From Phyllobates terribilis (lineage: Eukaryota), in assembly GCF_046119375.1 (NCBI RefSeq), contig NW_027362761.1, positions 617,272,001-617,336,000 of the forward strand: DNA of 64,000 nt, in the 5' to 3' direction. This document shows, one piece after another, positions 24,867-38,178 of this stretch. How positions within the stretch are numbered: position 1 is the first letter of the stretch; every line of letters starts with the position of its first letter. The position numbers and the translations under genes are program-made. The notes below the pieces were generated by a model. That model searched no databases, had not been told where the DNA came from, and saw only the letters and a list, made by a program, of their open reading frames with translations.

Positions 24867-25654
24867 TAAAAAAAACACAAACACCCAGAAAAAAGTCCTT
24901 TAATTGAAATAAAGACACAATTCTTTATTGTTCTAAATTAAACCATACTTACAGTCACGCCCATTCCAGCTGAAGCCAACGATCTCCTGCAATAAAAGTA
25001 AAATAATAAACCAACCTCATCCTTACCTTTCCATGGCTCCCACGACAGCTTCAGCTCTGCTACATCGAGATGACAGGCTGGACCGCAGCAGAACGCTGCC
25101 ATCCATCCTGTCATCCCGCAGACACTGAGAAGCGCAGGCATACTTCCACTCCTCAGTGTCTGGCTGTGACGGCATCCAGATGAGCCGAGGTCATGTCCAA
25201 TGAACTCAGCTCACCTCATGTACGTCACTGACAGCGTGGGAAAATTCTCCTGCACTCAGCACTTCAGCGTGAGAATTTTCCCACGCTGTCAGTGACGTGC
25301 ATGAGGTGAGCTGAGTTCATTGGACATGAACTCGGCTCATCTGGATGACGTCACAGAGAGACACTGAGGAGCGCAAGCATGCCTGCGCTTCTCAGAGTCT
25401 GCGGGATGACAGGCTGGATGGCAGCGTTCTGCTGCGGTCCAGCCTGTCATCTCGATGTAGCAGAGCTGAAGCTGTAGTGGGAACCATGGAAAGGTAAGGA
25501 TGAGGTTGCTTTATTATTTTACTTTTATTGCAGGAGATCGTTGGCTTCAGCTGGAATGGGCGTGATGGTAAGTATGGTTTAATTTAGAACAATAAAGGAT
25601 TGTGTCTTTATTTCAATTAAAGGACTTTATTCTGGGTGTTTGTGTTTTTCTTTA
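24867..25654. repeat. Inverted repeat; second copy of the 5348-7500 foldback with the left arm truncated
   Basis: The arms meet at ~25255-25262. The right arm continues to ~26345, colinear with 6420-7500. Segment 23368-23890 is a direct copy of 25668-26190. Confidence 0.9.
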
Positions 25655-28600
25655 ACTTTGACTATGGGGTTAGTAATGGGGGTGTCTTATAGACGCCTCT
25701 CCATTACTAACCTGGGCTTGATGTCAGCTGGCATTATAAGCTGACATCAACCCCAACCCTATTACCCCACTGCCACCGCACCAGGGCAGCGTGGAAGAGC
25801 GAGGCTAAGTGCCAGAATTGGCGCATCCTATGGATGCGCCATTTCTGGGGCGGCTGACGGCTGGTGTTTCTAGCCTGGGAGGGGGCCAATATTCATGGCA
25901 CCCTTCCTGGGCTATTAATATCAGCCCCCAGCTGTCTGCCTAGCCTGTGCTAGCTATTAAATTAGGGGGGACCCCACGTTATTTTTTTTGGGGGGGTCCC
26001 CATTTTAATAGCTAGTAAAGGCTAGGTATTCAGCTGGGGGCTCATATTAGTAGCCTGGGAAGCTCCATGGGTATTACCCCCTTCCCAGGCTTCAAACATT
26101 TGCCCCAGCTGTCTGCTTAACCTCCGCTAGAGCCTAAAATTAAGGGGAACCCCACGCCAATTTTTTTTAAAATAAATCCTTTATTTTAACACTAAATGAC
26201 AAGTACAGTAATCAACACTATCACTGTACTTCATATATATGTGACTGACATGTTTCTATCTATCTAATCTATGTGTGATTCTCTATTCTTTCTATTCTAA
26301 ATTGTCGGGTACAGATGCTGAATTGCCGGCCGGCTTTTTTAAAGAGACGGTGCACGAAAACACTAATATTTTTTTTAATAAATCCTTTACACTAAATGAC
26401 AAGTACAGTAAGCAACACTGTCACTGTACTTCATATATATGTGACTGACATGTTTCTATCTATCTAATCTATGTGTGATGCTCTATTCTTTCTGTTGTAA
26501 ATTGTCGGGTACCGGTGTATGCCGCTGATGAATTGCCGGCTTTTCATGTCATTCTACATTATTCTTAGTTGTTTTACTTCATGTAGAATTAACCTACAAG
26601 GAAAGAAAGGGTTTATTTTCATTCCGATATTTGTGTCCCATTGACTTGCATTGGTTTCCGGTATCGGAATCGGCGATATCCGATACTTTTTGGGTATCGG
26701 CCCGATCCAATCCGATACGATATTTCCTGATATCGGAAGGTATCGCTCAACACTAGTGACAACCAAGATCTTAAAATTTAACAGAATTTGGATTGACGCC
26801 TGCAGAAAGCTCCACAAATAATAGTGAATACAGGGAGCGATCTTTCATATATCAGCACTGCTACCGAGTCTTCCCAGGGAAAGTCACTGCAGGAAAACGC
26901 CAGAGGTTCTAAAGCAGCTTTGCCGGCGGTTTTGTAAGTCTTCTCGTGGCTTTTCTGCCGCCGGTGTCTTTTACTCTATACTTTCACGTATAGAAAGGGG
27001 ATAGCTTCTGAGAGGATTTGGAAATGTCACTTCTTTTGACTACTTTAGGGTTTCTGAACCCTGAATTATTAATAGCCATCACACAAGATGGAATATGTCC
27101 ACAGAAATGTTGATTTGACATTACTGAGCATTATGTTCATTTTATGGGGCTTTTGCGGTAAATATTCCGAAGCATTCCGTGTACACAAACGCAATGTGAT
27201 CCCAACGTTGTTTAGTATCCAGTGTCACTTATGATAAACATACCATCACTTGTATAAATGTTGCATTGCTACCTAATAATTGAAGAAGGTTATTTATATC
27301 AAAGATCTGACAATCATATTTAAATGAATTTAGTTGGTTTAACTGGGAAACCATGAAACCTAATACAATAGCACAATTTGTTCTAAGTGAAATCATCCAT
27401 ATTATTCACATGAAACATTATTTTACAGATTTTACAATGCTAATAAATGGGTCTCTGTTAACTTTATAAATAAGAGAAAATGAAAAAAAAATGTATATTG
27501 TAAAGTTGGCCAAAATACAACATCCCTTTGTTATATTTAATATCATTAATGAAAGTATAAAATTTGCCTTGGTATATTGGGTTGGATCCTTTTTTGGGGT
27601 GAATGTCACCCCCATGGCCATACCATCAAAGTGTATAAAATATTGAAAATTATATTAAATGTGTAAGCTTTTTATAACTAATTTATGTTTATTTGCTTCA
27701 TGATCTTTAGTAATTCATGGTTTCTACATATATTAGAAATCTGCCATGTTACCTTCACATCATCATAATAATAAGCATTATAATGATTCTGAAATTGAAG
27801 TAATAATGAAATCATTCAGAGCAAAAGAAATAACGTTGCATGGAAAGAACCATCCGCATTCCTGATAATCAGTGCATGTTATCAACTCAATAGCTTAGAC
27901 CCCCGTCTGATACATAACGTAATTAACCTTCTATTTTTTATATCCATAGTCTACTCACTTGTAATTATTTTATTTTAGGGAAGATTCATTGACGTCTTAT
28001 TTGTTCTGTGGGATAGTGAAAAAAATTTTTTGGGACTTTATTTCTATCCTTATTCCTTGGCATCACAGCCAGTTTTGGCCTTTATTACAGACTGTATTTT
28101 ATACTTGTCACGTTTCATCAGCCATAACTTTCTTATTTTTTTTGGTAACATAATTGTATGAGGGCTTGTTTTTTCAGGATTAGTTGCATTTGTCAATGGA
28201 TTTATTGGGATGTGCATATAACTTAGCATATGTTCATTAGCTCTTTATTGGGAGGGACATAAATAAAAGAGAAATTTTAACATTCTTTTACATTGTATGT
28301 TTGTTATTTACTGTGCTGGAAAAATAACTCATTAACGTTTTTGAGGACGTCAGTACTAAAATGGCGTTGCCAAATTAATACAGTTTTATTTAGGATTTTT
28401 TTTGTGTTGTACAATATACACTTTAAAAGAACACTTTTTTTGTTGGTTCACAACTTTGCCATTGAACCCATATGAGGTCTTATTTTTTGCGCGGCAATGT
28501 GTCGTTTTTATTGGCAACAATTTCATATATTTGCAACTTTTTGATCCTTTTTATATCAACCTTTTGGAGGCAAAATTAACCAAAAACTTCAAATTCTGAA

Positions 28601-28708
28601 TTTTCTTTATTAATTCTTTTACACACCATTCACTGTGAGTTAGAATTATCATATTCTCTTTATTCTGTGGGTCACTATGATCTTGACAATGCCATATATA
28701 TATATATA

Positions 28709-29780
28709 CTAGATTGTTGCCCAATTCTAACGCATCGGGTATTCTAGAATATGCCCCATGCAGGATGTGACTCCCCCCCCCCCATATAATGCGCCATGCA
28801 GGATGTCACATCCCCCGTCCGTTATAATGCCCCATGCTGGATGTGACATCCCCCCTCCCTTATAATACCCCATGCAGGATGTCACATCCCCCCCATAGTG
28901 CCCCATGCACAATGTGACATCCCCTCCTCCCTTATAATGCCCCATGCAGGATGTCACATCCCCCCCATAGTGCCCCATGGAGGATGCCACATCCCCCTTC
29001 CCTTATAATGGCCCCTCCACGATGTCACACTTCCCCACCCCACCATTTAATGCCCTATGGCCCCATACAATAAAAAAAAAAAAAAAAAATCCAATACTCG
29101 CCTCACTTGTCAGCTGCTCCTCTGGACTCCAGCGTAGCCCGCATGTTCCTGCTGTGCACTGTGACCGGTCAGGAGAGAGTGCGGTGTAAAGACGTCACCA
29201 CGCCCTCTGACACGTCACACAGCGGCAGTGGAAGACACAGGAGCTGCTGCGCAAGCACGGGGAGGGGTAAGTATGGCGCCGGGTGCCGGGGTCCTGAGCG
29301 AGCGAGCGGGGGGGGAGGAGAGGGGAGGGGAGAGGAGGAGAGGGGAGGGGTAAGTATAGCGCCGGGGTCCTGAGCGAGCGGGGGGAGGGACAGGAGGAGA
29401 GGGGAGGAGAGGAGGGGAGGAGAGAGTAGGGGAGGGGAGGAGGGGAGGAGAGAGTAGAGGAGGGGAGGAGAAAGTAGAGGAGGGGAGGAGAGGGGAGGGG
29501 CGTCACTTTTACCGTCCGGAGATAAGCGACCGTAGCCGCTGATCTCCCGACAGTAGCCGCATGGGGATCAGCGGCGCCTCCGGTCGGGGGACGTATGCTG
29601 CGAGCAGCCGGCTTCATCTCCCGGCTGCATCGCCGCTCACCTCCGTGCGGCAGATCAGCCGCTAACGGCCGCCATCTTTTTTTGAAATGCCGCGTCGCTG
29701 ATTGGCCACGGCCGGACCAATCAGCGACGCGGGATTTCCTGGACAGACAGACAGACAGACGGAATAAGACAATTATATAT
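28709..29780 (-). mobile_element. Non-autonomous Helitron-like element
   Basis: The minus strand ends in the hairpin CCCGAT-GCGTTAGA-ATTGGG followed by CTAG|T. (GACA)n lies near the other end. It sits in a TA tract and is absent from the paralogous flank at ~37940. Confidence 0.62.
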
Positions 29781-30024
29781 TTATGTAGCCTTTTATGTTT
29801 TGTTACTTTTGCAAAAAGACTGACAAAAAAATGTTTTTTTGAGCTTCCCACATCTGATTTCCATAACTTTCTTTATTTTTCTGTATTGCTGTAGACAATC
29901 TCTTCATTACTAAGATGCAAGTTTTATAAATGTATTCATTTATTCGCAATATTTTTCAGGCTGCTTAATAGACATTTTTGATAAAAATATCTTATTGCAG
30001 TTTGTATGTCATAGACTCTACATG

Positions 30025-31647
30025 TCAAATCGTTTTGGGCTCTGAAGACACCTCGGCTTTCCACGGCAGGTGCAGATATTTCATAATGTCAATGGCCGAG
30101 CGTCTCTCACAGGCATTTATAGCCAGCAGCTCCCAGAACATTTCTCTGGCCTCCACTGATATATTCTTCCACTTCTCTGGAGCCTTTTCCAGATCCCTCT
30201 TCACCTGCCACCAGGCAAACCCCTTATAATCTTGGTCACGGCGCACTGCCCCATACCAAGGAAAGAGTCCAGAAAGGGCAAAATAAACAAGTACACCAAA
30301 GGCCCAGACATCGAGACTAGGATGGAGCAACAACTGTTCTCCTGGTCTTAAGCAGCAGAGCTCTGGAGCAGTGTAGGGCTTATACCAAGACACAGAAGGA
30401 ACATATGTGCCCTGGAGCCTGGTGAGGCCAAAGTCTGCCAGTTTTATCCAGTGACATTCTGCATCCATCAAAAGAATATTATTCGGCTTGATATCCCGAT
30501 GAACCATTCCTCTGTTGTGCATAAAGTCCAGAGCACTGGCGATCTGAGGAGCACAACGCTTCAACATGTCCTCCTGCATGCCGACCTAAGAAAGACAACA
30601 CAGGAGATCACACAGCTGAACAACAGACTGGAGAACATATCTAATAGAAAAGGACAGAAGACTTGTAGACATCTTCTACTAATGGATATTATTCCTGAAA
30701 TCATCAGTTCTACTCTGCTCTTCATTAGTTATATTCAGTTATGTGAGATTTCAACTAATAATTAAATATACCTCACATAGAGGATGATACCCAGCTCACA
30801 CATTCTCCTGGATGCTAAACCTGCCTAGTTATAGGGGCCCCATAGTGCTGCATACCGAAATATGAGTTTAATAACTCTGGGGAAATAGGATGATGTTTCC
30901 CATCAGATCTTTAAAAGTGGCCACCAATTTATCCAAAAATAATTTGAATAATGCTTAGAATTTGTAAAAGTGGAAAACAACTGCATGAGATCTTACTTTA
31001 GGTTTAAGGATGGACTGGAGATTTCCCGCCGGTGCCATTTCCTGAGCAAACACAAAATCCATACTGGTATGGAAGAAGATGTCGTGAGTAAGGATGATGT
31101 TCTGGTGGCAGCTGAGGGTTTGTGAAATGCAATATTCCAGGAAGAAGTTGTCTCCTGGAGTCTTCTTCTTTGCCATCATTTTTAGAGCCATGGTCTGTCC
31201 TGTTGGAAAGACATTATAATTGTTAATATGTATCACCATCATATTCCATAACACCGTCAAAACCATACAAAAAACCTGATCAATAACATTACACAGGAGT
31301 AGTCACAAGATTAGAAGATAGATGTGCAGAATACTAATCATGTGCTGTAGATAGGATAAAGCTAGAGTCATACTTAGTCATACAGTATGTCAGGGTACAA
31401 GGAGCTTTCATTTCATCTGAAACACCCTGATGGAACAAACATCATCATAGTCATCATCCATCATCATCTCACCTGAATGTTTGTGTTTTCCCATGTGTAC
31501 CTTTCCATAAGATCCAGTTCCAAGTTCTAGAAAAAGTTCAAAGTGGTCGGTCACTTCCATCATCTTCAGGTTCTTGGAAGTCTCTGATATCAGATGAAGA
31601 AGGTGTTTTGCCATGTTCTTGTTCCCTTCCTTGATGTGGGCGGCCAT
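30025..31647 (-). CDS. SBK1-like: SBK1-like Ser/Thr protein kinase, copy 1 (312 aa; coding exons 31647-31473, 31199-30997, 30585-30025)
   Basis: GT-AG introns (CAG|GTGAG phase 1, AAA|GTAAG phase 0) join an open frame with GTGSYG, ALK, alphaC Glu, HRDIKPNN, DFG, APE, DVWAFG and ERR. Intron positions and the motifs FVFAQE.APAG.L, ALDFMH and LADFG match SBK1 as recalled. This is a family-level assignment, not orthology. Confidence 0.9.
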
Positions 31648-31870
31648 TCTGAATAAAATGAAATTAGATATGCCATTGAATATAGCATGATACATCTTCC
31701 AGACCTGTAATAACATATTGTAATCCCCACGTGTAAACTGTGGCTATAAACACACAATTGTATAATAGTCTGCGGTCACTTTGTTAATATTCCAGCATTG
31801 TATAATTCCCCAGAGATCTGCAGTAATATCATCTACTATATCCTGTGCTATGTACTTATCATATATTCAC

Positions 31871-32140
31871 CTTACAGATGGAGATTGAAGATGTCTACTG
31901 CTACGGAAAGAGACGATAGTCAATGATGAACTCCTCCTGTACACCAACAAGTCTAAAACTTGCTGCTCCTCAGAGGCCAATGCTGAGTGCAAATAATTCC
32001 TGGAGTGGAGTAGATGTCACTGAGAGAAGGAGACAGGTTATATCTGGGAAGAGCAGGGAGATTGTTCATTAGTGGGACATTGTCATTGGCCAAAACTTAC
32101 TATCTCAATTTACATATGAACTGACATTGATAAGTGTTTG
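31871..32140 (-). promoter_or_regulatory. Candidate non-coding first exon and core promoter of kinase copy 1 (same in copies 2 and 3)
   Basis: Donor AAG|GTGAAT at 31871/31870, and no ATG in 32020-31871 on the minus strand. GATATAA at 32044-32038, CCAAT at 32089-32085, GATA sites at 32100-32105 and 32128-32133. The acceptor TTTCATTTTATTCAG lies 1 nt before the ATG. Confidence 0.4.
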
Positions 32141-33469
32141 GAGGGAGAATGCTGGGTGATTACATATGAATGGGGATTCCGGGTGAGGCTCAGGCACTGT
32201 ACACTATGACACTCACTATGGGAAATACCAGAAAATGTCCACCAGATCCTAAACCTTTACTATAGTTTAAGAAGCTAAAAAATTCAGTAAATTCCTGTGG
32301 TTTACCATACTATACTGTAAGAATATTGTCTATAAATTGTCAGAATAATTTGGTACAAATAGATTGGTCATATAAAATATATTTTCAGTTTCAAAATCCC
32401 CCAAAAATATATTTACAAGAGTCGGGGCCACTGACGTACCCCTTGCGGTACCAGCTGCCTGGTTATACAAGTGGCCCGCAAATTGAAAGGAACTATGTTT
32501 CAAAACAAAGCATAAGGATTGTCACCAGCTGCAATAATTCTTGCCAATAACACTAGTCCAGTATTTGTAAAAAATCTCATGTTTTTCATATATGAAGGAA
32601 TTTTCTTAACCAATGGGCAGGAAGTCCAGTCCAAATAATAAGACAGAGGCTCAGTAATTGAACTATGTTCAGCTTTTATAGGACTTCCAGATGGACTGTC
32701 TATACATTTATGGAATTTGGGAATAAAGTATCAGTATTGTTTTTTGGATATTCTACCATTAGTTTTTTAAAAAAAATTGTGTGATATTATCCACTTTCAA
32801 CTCTGTGTCTAAATAATGATCACAATCATTTTCTATGGGAATGTGTGGAATCAATTGAAAGATGTATAAGTATTTTTAGAACCTAATTTACAATTATATA
32901 TATATTATTTTTATATATAGTATACACTAGACATGACCACAATATTACCCTCCTTGTCTGCTGGCTTATAACTATAAGAAAAGTACAAAATGAGACAAGT
33001 ACTCATAGGGTATTATGGTATGATAGGTGGGTGGTGGTATGGGGTGAGGTGCTGCTTACCTGATGGAGTTGGGATTGCTCACCTCTATTATCTCCTTTTA
33101 AATTCACCAGCAATGTAATTTACATAATTGCATTACTTAATAGTCAAGCATGCAAGGCTACTACAGATAATATGAAACAAAAAGAAAAGACAACATACAA
33201 TGTATTATCACAAAGGTTGAAAGTATATTAGCATAAAGGTCATTTATTTTCAGTCACATAACACTTTTGTTTTTGAAAATATTATGATTTGTGTTGACTC
33301 ACAATTGCATGTTTTCCACCCAGTAAAAGGCACCGCTATGGGAACGGATTGAGCACCTCTTTGTGCAAATGTATTTTTGGTGTAGTGGGAGAATTTTCAT
33401 TTTTTTTATAAGGATTTGATTTTGTACACCATTGTCATTTTATTTAGGAAAGATTTATTGACGCATTTT

Positions 33470-35300
33470 TTGATCTGTTACAATGCCCATGTAAGTGTCA
33501 CGGGTGTGTCGCCACGAAGATCGTCGCGATTACACAGCCTGACTTCTCGCAGCTGACTTTTTGGTGCTTTGTGTTTTCGGCAGTGAGGGAGTTAATTCTC
33601 TCTCTCTCTGTGCTAGACGAGGTCCAGCCTCGCCCAGCTGCAATCAATGCTGCTGTAGTGAGACTCCTTCAAATGCCTGCTGGTCTGTTTGGGAAGTGTC
33701 GGTGAAAGCATTTCATGCAGACTAACAGAGCGGATCGTGGTATTTGGAGTTTCTGAGATAAGTGTATTTGGAGTGTTTTTTCCCTTCCTCGCTTTATCAT
33801 TTATCTCCTTTCCCGTTGGTCTTCCCTCTGTTGTAGTTGTGTAGTTTTTGTATGCAAGGTGGTTTTGGTTTTTCCCTTGTACTGTCTCGTTCGTCTAAGT
33901 ACTGTGTGTGGGCATATTATTACTTGTCCCCTTTTGTTGTGATCGGGGTCCTTCTCAGGACTAGATTACTTAGGTGCAGGGATCCTCAGGAGGTAGGGGT
34001 TACGCTGGCGGCCTGGACCTCTGTACCTTTAACAGTACCTCCAGGTTGAGGGATTAGTCAGGGCCCCAGCTTAGGGTCAGCTTAGGCCCCCTACCTCCAG
34101 TATACAGAGACAGCGTGACATTAAGTTACTCTATGTGGGGGAGACCACTTGGGATTTCAAAACATGAATCAATCATCATCGCTATACTATTAGGAAGAAG
34201 ACATTAGAATTGCCAGTACTGAAACATTTTGTAGAACTGAGGCATAAAGAAAAGGATCTTGGGTTTAGTATTATTGATCATGTTCCTTTGCTTAGGAGAG
34301 GAGGGAATAGGGAGAAATTATTGAAAAAGAAAGCATTAGAATGGATAAACAGATTCAATTCCCTCAAACCTAATGGTCTTAATGTAGATGTTAAATTGCA
34401 TACTTTGGTATAAGAAATTCCCTCTCTGGAAAAGATTCTCTTTTGTATAATCTGTGATATAACAAGAATTATTATTAACAAATTTTATGTTTTTATTTTT
34501 TACAGATCAAATGCACAAGAAATTTGGAATATTATGACTCAACCACCACATGACTAACGCTCTGATCTGAAATAAGTAATATGCAGTCAATTGGTTGCTC
34601 CTTAGTAGATGAATACGCATTTAGATTGAGTTATAATACTTTAATTGTCATTGGGAAGTAAACAAATTTTGATTACATTTTATGTATACTGTTTCTCTAA
34701 ATGGGTTAGTTACATATGTCAGCCCCAGTTGGGGGACTAAGAATGAGTAATTGATGTAATTTAATGCTTAAGTTGATTATATTCTGACCTTGTTATGTTT
34801 ATATTGATGTTTTGGATGTATGAAGACAGAGCAGCATTGAATGCTAGGAGAATAGTGTACAGGATTGATGTATTACATACATTGCACGTATAGACATGCG
34901 CAGAGAGGACGACTATGGCAAAATGGTGCTTCAGGCTTCAATATGTCCGTGCGTATAAGAGTGCAAATGCTGCCTCTATGTTATGTTCAATATTGACATG
35001 CGCCATGGCATTTCCGGGACATCGGTTTGCGGTGCGTATGGTCTGTTACATTGCGGTGGGGTGAGTCATAATTAATTATATTATATTTGAACTTGAATGC
35101 ACTTGAATTAAAATTTCACTATGAAATGTTGTAATTATATTAATTAATATTCTACAGTAATTGATGAACCTATATGTATATCACATGTGTATTATTGCAC
35201 TGCTTGATACATTTTCACACTTGGAATGAAATGTCGCCATCACAATGGGTCAATAAACCATTCACAGCTTTGACCTTGGAATGCTGCCTCTAATTTGTTG
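33470..35300 (+). mobile_element. 5'-truncated Penelope-like element (GIY-YIG endonuclease end plus 3' UTR), split by a solo LTR
   Basis: After removing the LTR it reads QCPCKLLYVGETTWDFKT*INHHRY...PVLKHF...RGGNREKLLKKKALEWINRFNSLKPNGLN. Confidence 0.8.
33496..34120. mobile_element. Solo LTR (625 bp), Gypsy-like
   Basis: Termini TGTCACG...CGTGACA; TSD GTAAG / TTAAG; empty site GTAAG at 49836-49840. Confidence 0.88.
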
Positions 35301-36267
35301 TATATCTTTCTATCTTTCTAACTATCTATTTCATAACAATCCATCTTTCTATCTATCTATTCTCTATCTTTTCACATTTGTAACACATAAAAATCTTTAA
35401 TTTCTAGTCTGCATTCTATACCGGTATGTGTCACACGTGCGGAAAACAGCTGTCACATGTATGTCAGCCGTGGTGTAGGAAAAAAATGAACATGTCTACT
35501 CGTGGGTCACACGGACACACGGTTCGTGTAAAAACATGGACATATGCACAACTGTATTCACAAGTACCAGACACACAGTCGTTTCAAGGGGTCCTAATTC
35601 TGCACAGATTACAAGAACTACTTCTTACAACCATGACTAAGAACAATCTCTTTGTACCCAACATATGTCCCAAAGAGTCAAGACTGCTTCAAAGCTCAAC
35701 TGTATTATTTAATACATCTTATATACGAGTGTGTAGCATCCTCCATTTACATCCTCTTAGACATCAAGTAGCAGAGTCTTTCCGTATTTTAAACAATATG
35801 AAGGGATGTACAAAATTGCATTGGGATATTGGGTTGATCCTTATTTGGGGAGAATGTCACCCCCATTGCCATCCCATCCAAGTGCATAAAATATGGAAGA
35901 ATGTAATAAATGTGTTAGCTTTTTATAACTGATAGATGTTTATTTCCTTTATAATCTTCAGTAATTCATGTTTTTTTTTTTACATCTGGTGGAAATGACT
36001 CTGCCATGTTACCTTCACCTCAGCATAGTAATAAGCATAGTAATCGGCCTGAAATTAAAGTGATAAAAAAATAATTTAAAGCAAGTGGAAAAATGTTCCA
36101 TGGAAACAAGTGTCCATATTAGCATCTCCATAGCTGGTAGCCCCAGTCTGATTCCTAATGTAACTAGCCTTCTATTCTTTTCTATTTAAATGTAATTACA
36201 GACACATCCAGTGACTTTAGACTGAGACTGGTGAAAGAACAAATATTAGATAAGGACATTTCTTTAA

Positions 36268-36747
36268 GGTACCGTCACACTTAGCGACCCTACAGCGATC
36301 CCGACAACGATACCACCTGGCAGGGATCGTTGCTGCATTGCTATGTGGTCGCTGGTGAGATGTCAAACAGTCAGATCTTCCCAACGACGCAGCAACGATG
36401 CGGCGACCCGTAGCGACCTGTATAACGATGTCGGCGGTCTTTGGGACCCTGTCACATAGCAGCTACTCTGACAATTCAGACCTCGATGAGGGACGACTTC
36501 TCAGTTCTGAGTCACCAACAAGGTCGTTGGTAAGGTGTCAAACACACCGATGCCTGCTACTCAGCGGGACCTCAACGATCAAAAAATGGTCCAGGCCATT
36601 CCGACACGACCAGCGATCTCACAGCAGGGGCCTGGTCGCTGCTACGTGTCAAGCGTAGCGAGATCGCTGCTGAGGTCGCTGTTGCGTTACAAAACTTGTG
36701 ACTCAGCAGCGATCTCGCTAGCGATCTCGCTTAGTGTGACGGGGGCT
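36268..36747. mobile_element. TTAA-target MITE (Kolobok/T2-like, 480 bp)
   Basis: TTAA|GGTACCGTCACAC...GTGTGACGGGGGCT|TTAA; empty site at ~51937-51940. Confidence 0.88.
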
Positions 36748-38178
36748 TTAAAACGTGTCTGTATCTCAGCAGAGGACACAATCAACAAGTTACTGTAAAG
36801 GATAATTGCATCAACATCTCACTATTTGGTCAAATGAAGTGATGAAATAGAGGGAAATAGATTTTTTTTTTAAATTGAGTGAAGAACATTTACCTGTAGT
36901 CACAAGAGATCTAATATAAATGTGTGCATATCATACAACAATATAAATACATCTAAATAAATTCCTTTTGTGTCACTGTTACCCTCTCCCACCCATATAC
37001 TGACTAGAGATGAGCAGATCTGATTTTTAGTCACATAACAGTTTTGTTTTAAAATATTATTGGAATTTGTGTTGACTCAAATGATTTTATTTTTAATTGC
37101 ATGTTTTCCACCAAGTAAATGGCACCGCTATGGGTACGGTTTGTGCACATGTGTCTGCAAATTTATTTTTGGTGTAATAGGAGAATTTCCATATTTTTGA
37201 TGAGCTGATTTTGTACACCAATCTTATTTTATTTTGGTGAAAGTTCATTGATTTAGTTTTATGGGACAGTGGAAAATGTTTTTTTATATGATTTTGTTTC
37301 TATCATTATATCTTGGCGTCACAGCCAGTCTTGGCCTTTAATACCAACCATTTTTATTCATGTCACATTAAATTAGTCATTCCTTTCTTGTTTTTTTGGC
37401 AATGTAATTGTATGAGGGCTTTTCTTTTCAGTATCAGTTGTATTTGTTAATTTAAACATTTTTATGTACATGTAACTTATTAGCATTCTTTTATTAGCTG
37501 TTTATGGGAGGAAAACAAATAAAATAGCAATTTTATCATTTGTTTGCATTTTAAAGTTTACGTTATCTGCTTGCTGCAAAGATAACGCATTAACTTCATT
37601 CAGTAGATCAGTACTAACATGGTGTTGATAAATTTGTAAAATTTTAATTATTTTTCTGCTTTGTACAATACACACTTGAAAAACACCTTTTTTGATGTTT
37701 CATAATTTTCTTTCAGTGGAGATGTATGAAGATTCATTTTTTGCATGACAATCTGCAGCTTTTATTGGTAACAGTTTGTTGTACGTGCAACTTTTTGATC
37801 CCTTTTTATACCAGCCTTTTAGAGGCAAAATGAACTAAAAAACTTCAAATTCTGAATTTGTTTTATTATTTTTTTAAACACCATTCACTGTGAAATATAA
37901 TTGTCATGTAATCTTTATTCTGTGGGCCACTATGATCATGACAATTCCTTATAGATTTTTATGTTTTGCTACTTTTGCGAAATGATGGACTTAAAAATTT
38001 TTTGGAGTCGTATATTCTGATACCCATAACTTATTTATTTTTTGGTTTTGCTCTAGACAAACACTCTTCATTACTAAGATACAAGTCTATTTTATTCATT
38101 TATTTATTTACAATACTTTCCAGGCTGCTTAATAGACATTATTGATTACAAAAAAAATATCATATTGCAGTTTGGATG

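Larger units (their letters stand above)
21724..26755. mobile_element. Non-autonomous hAT element (5.0 kb), hairpin-rich
   Basis: Perfect 11-bp TIR TAGTGTTGAGC / GCTCAACACTA. Exact 8-bp TSD GTGACAAC (21716-21723, 26756-26763). CCGATA/TATCGG subterminal repeats. Empty site at ~57961-57968. Confidence 0.95.

Noticed and set aside
30451-30765. 104-aa plus-strand ORF repeated three times; likewise 32326-32550 and 35426-35932
   Set aside because: These are antisense or intergenic shadow ORFs conserved only because the duplications are recent. The 35426 frame is broken in the older unit (51142-51607).
35190-35300. Hammerhead ribozyme expected in the Penelope-like 3' end (also GAAACGCGTTG at ~53060)
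   Set aside because: No intact CTGANGA...GAAA core with flanking stems could be found by eye; an Infernal/RNAMotif search would settle it.
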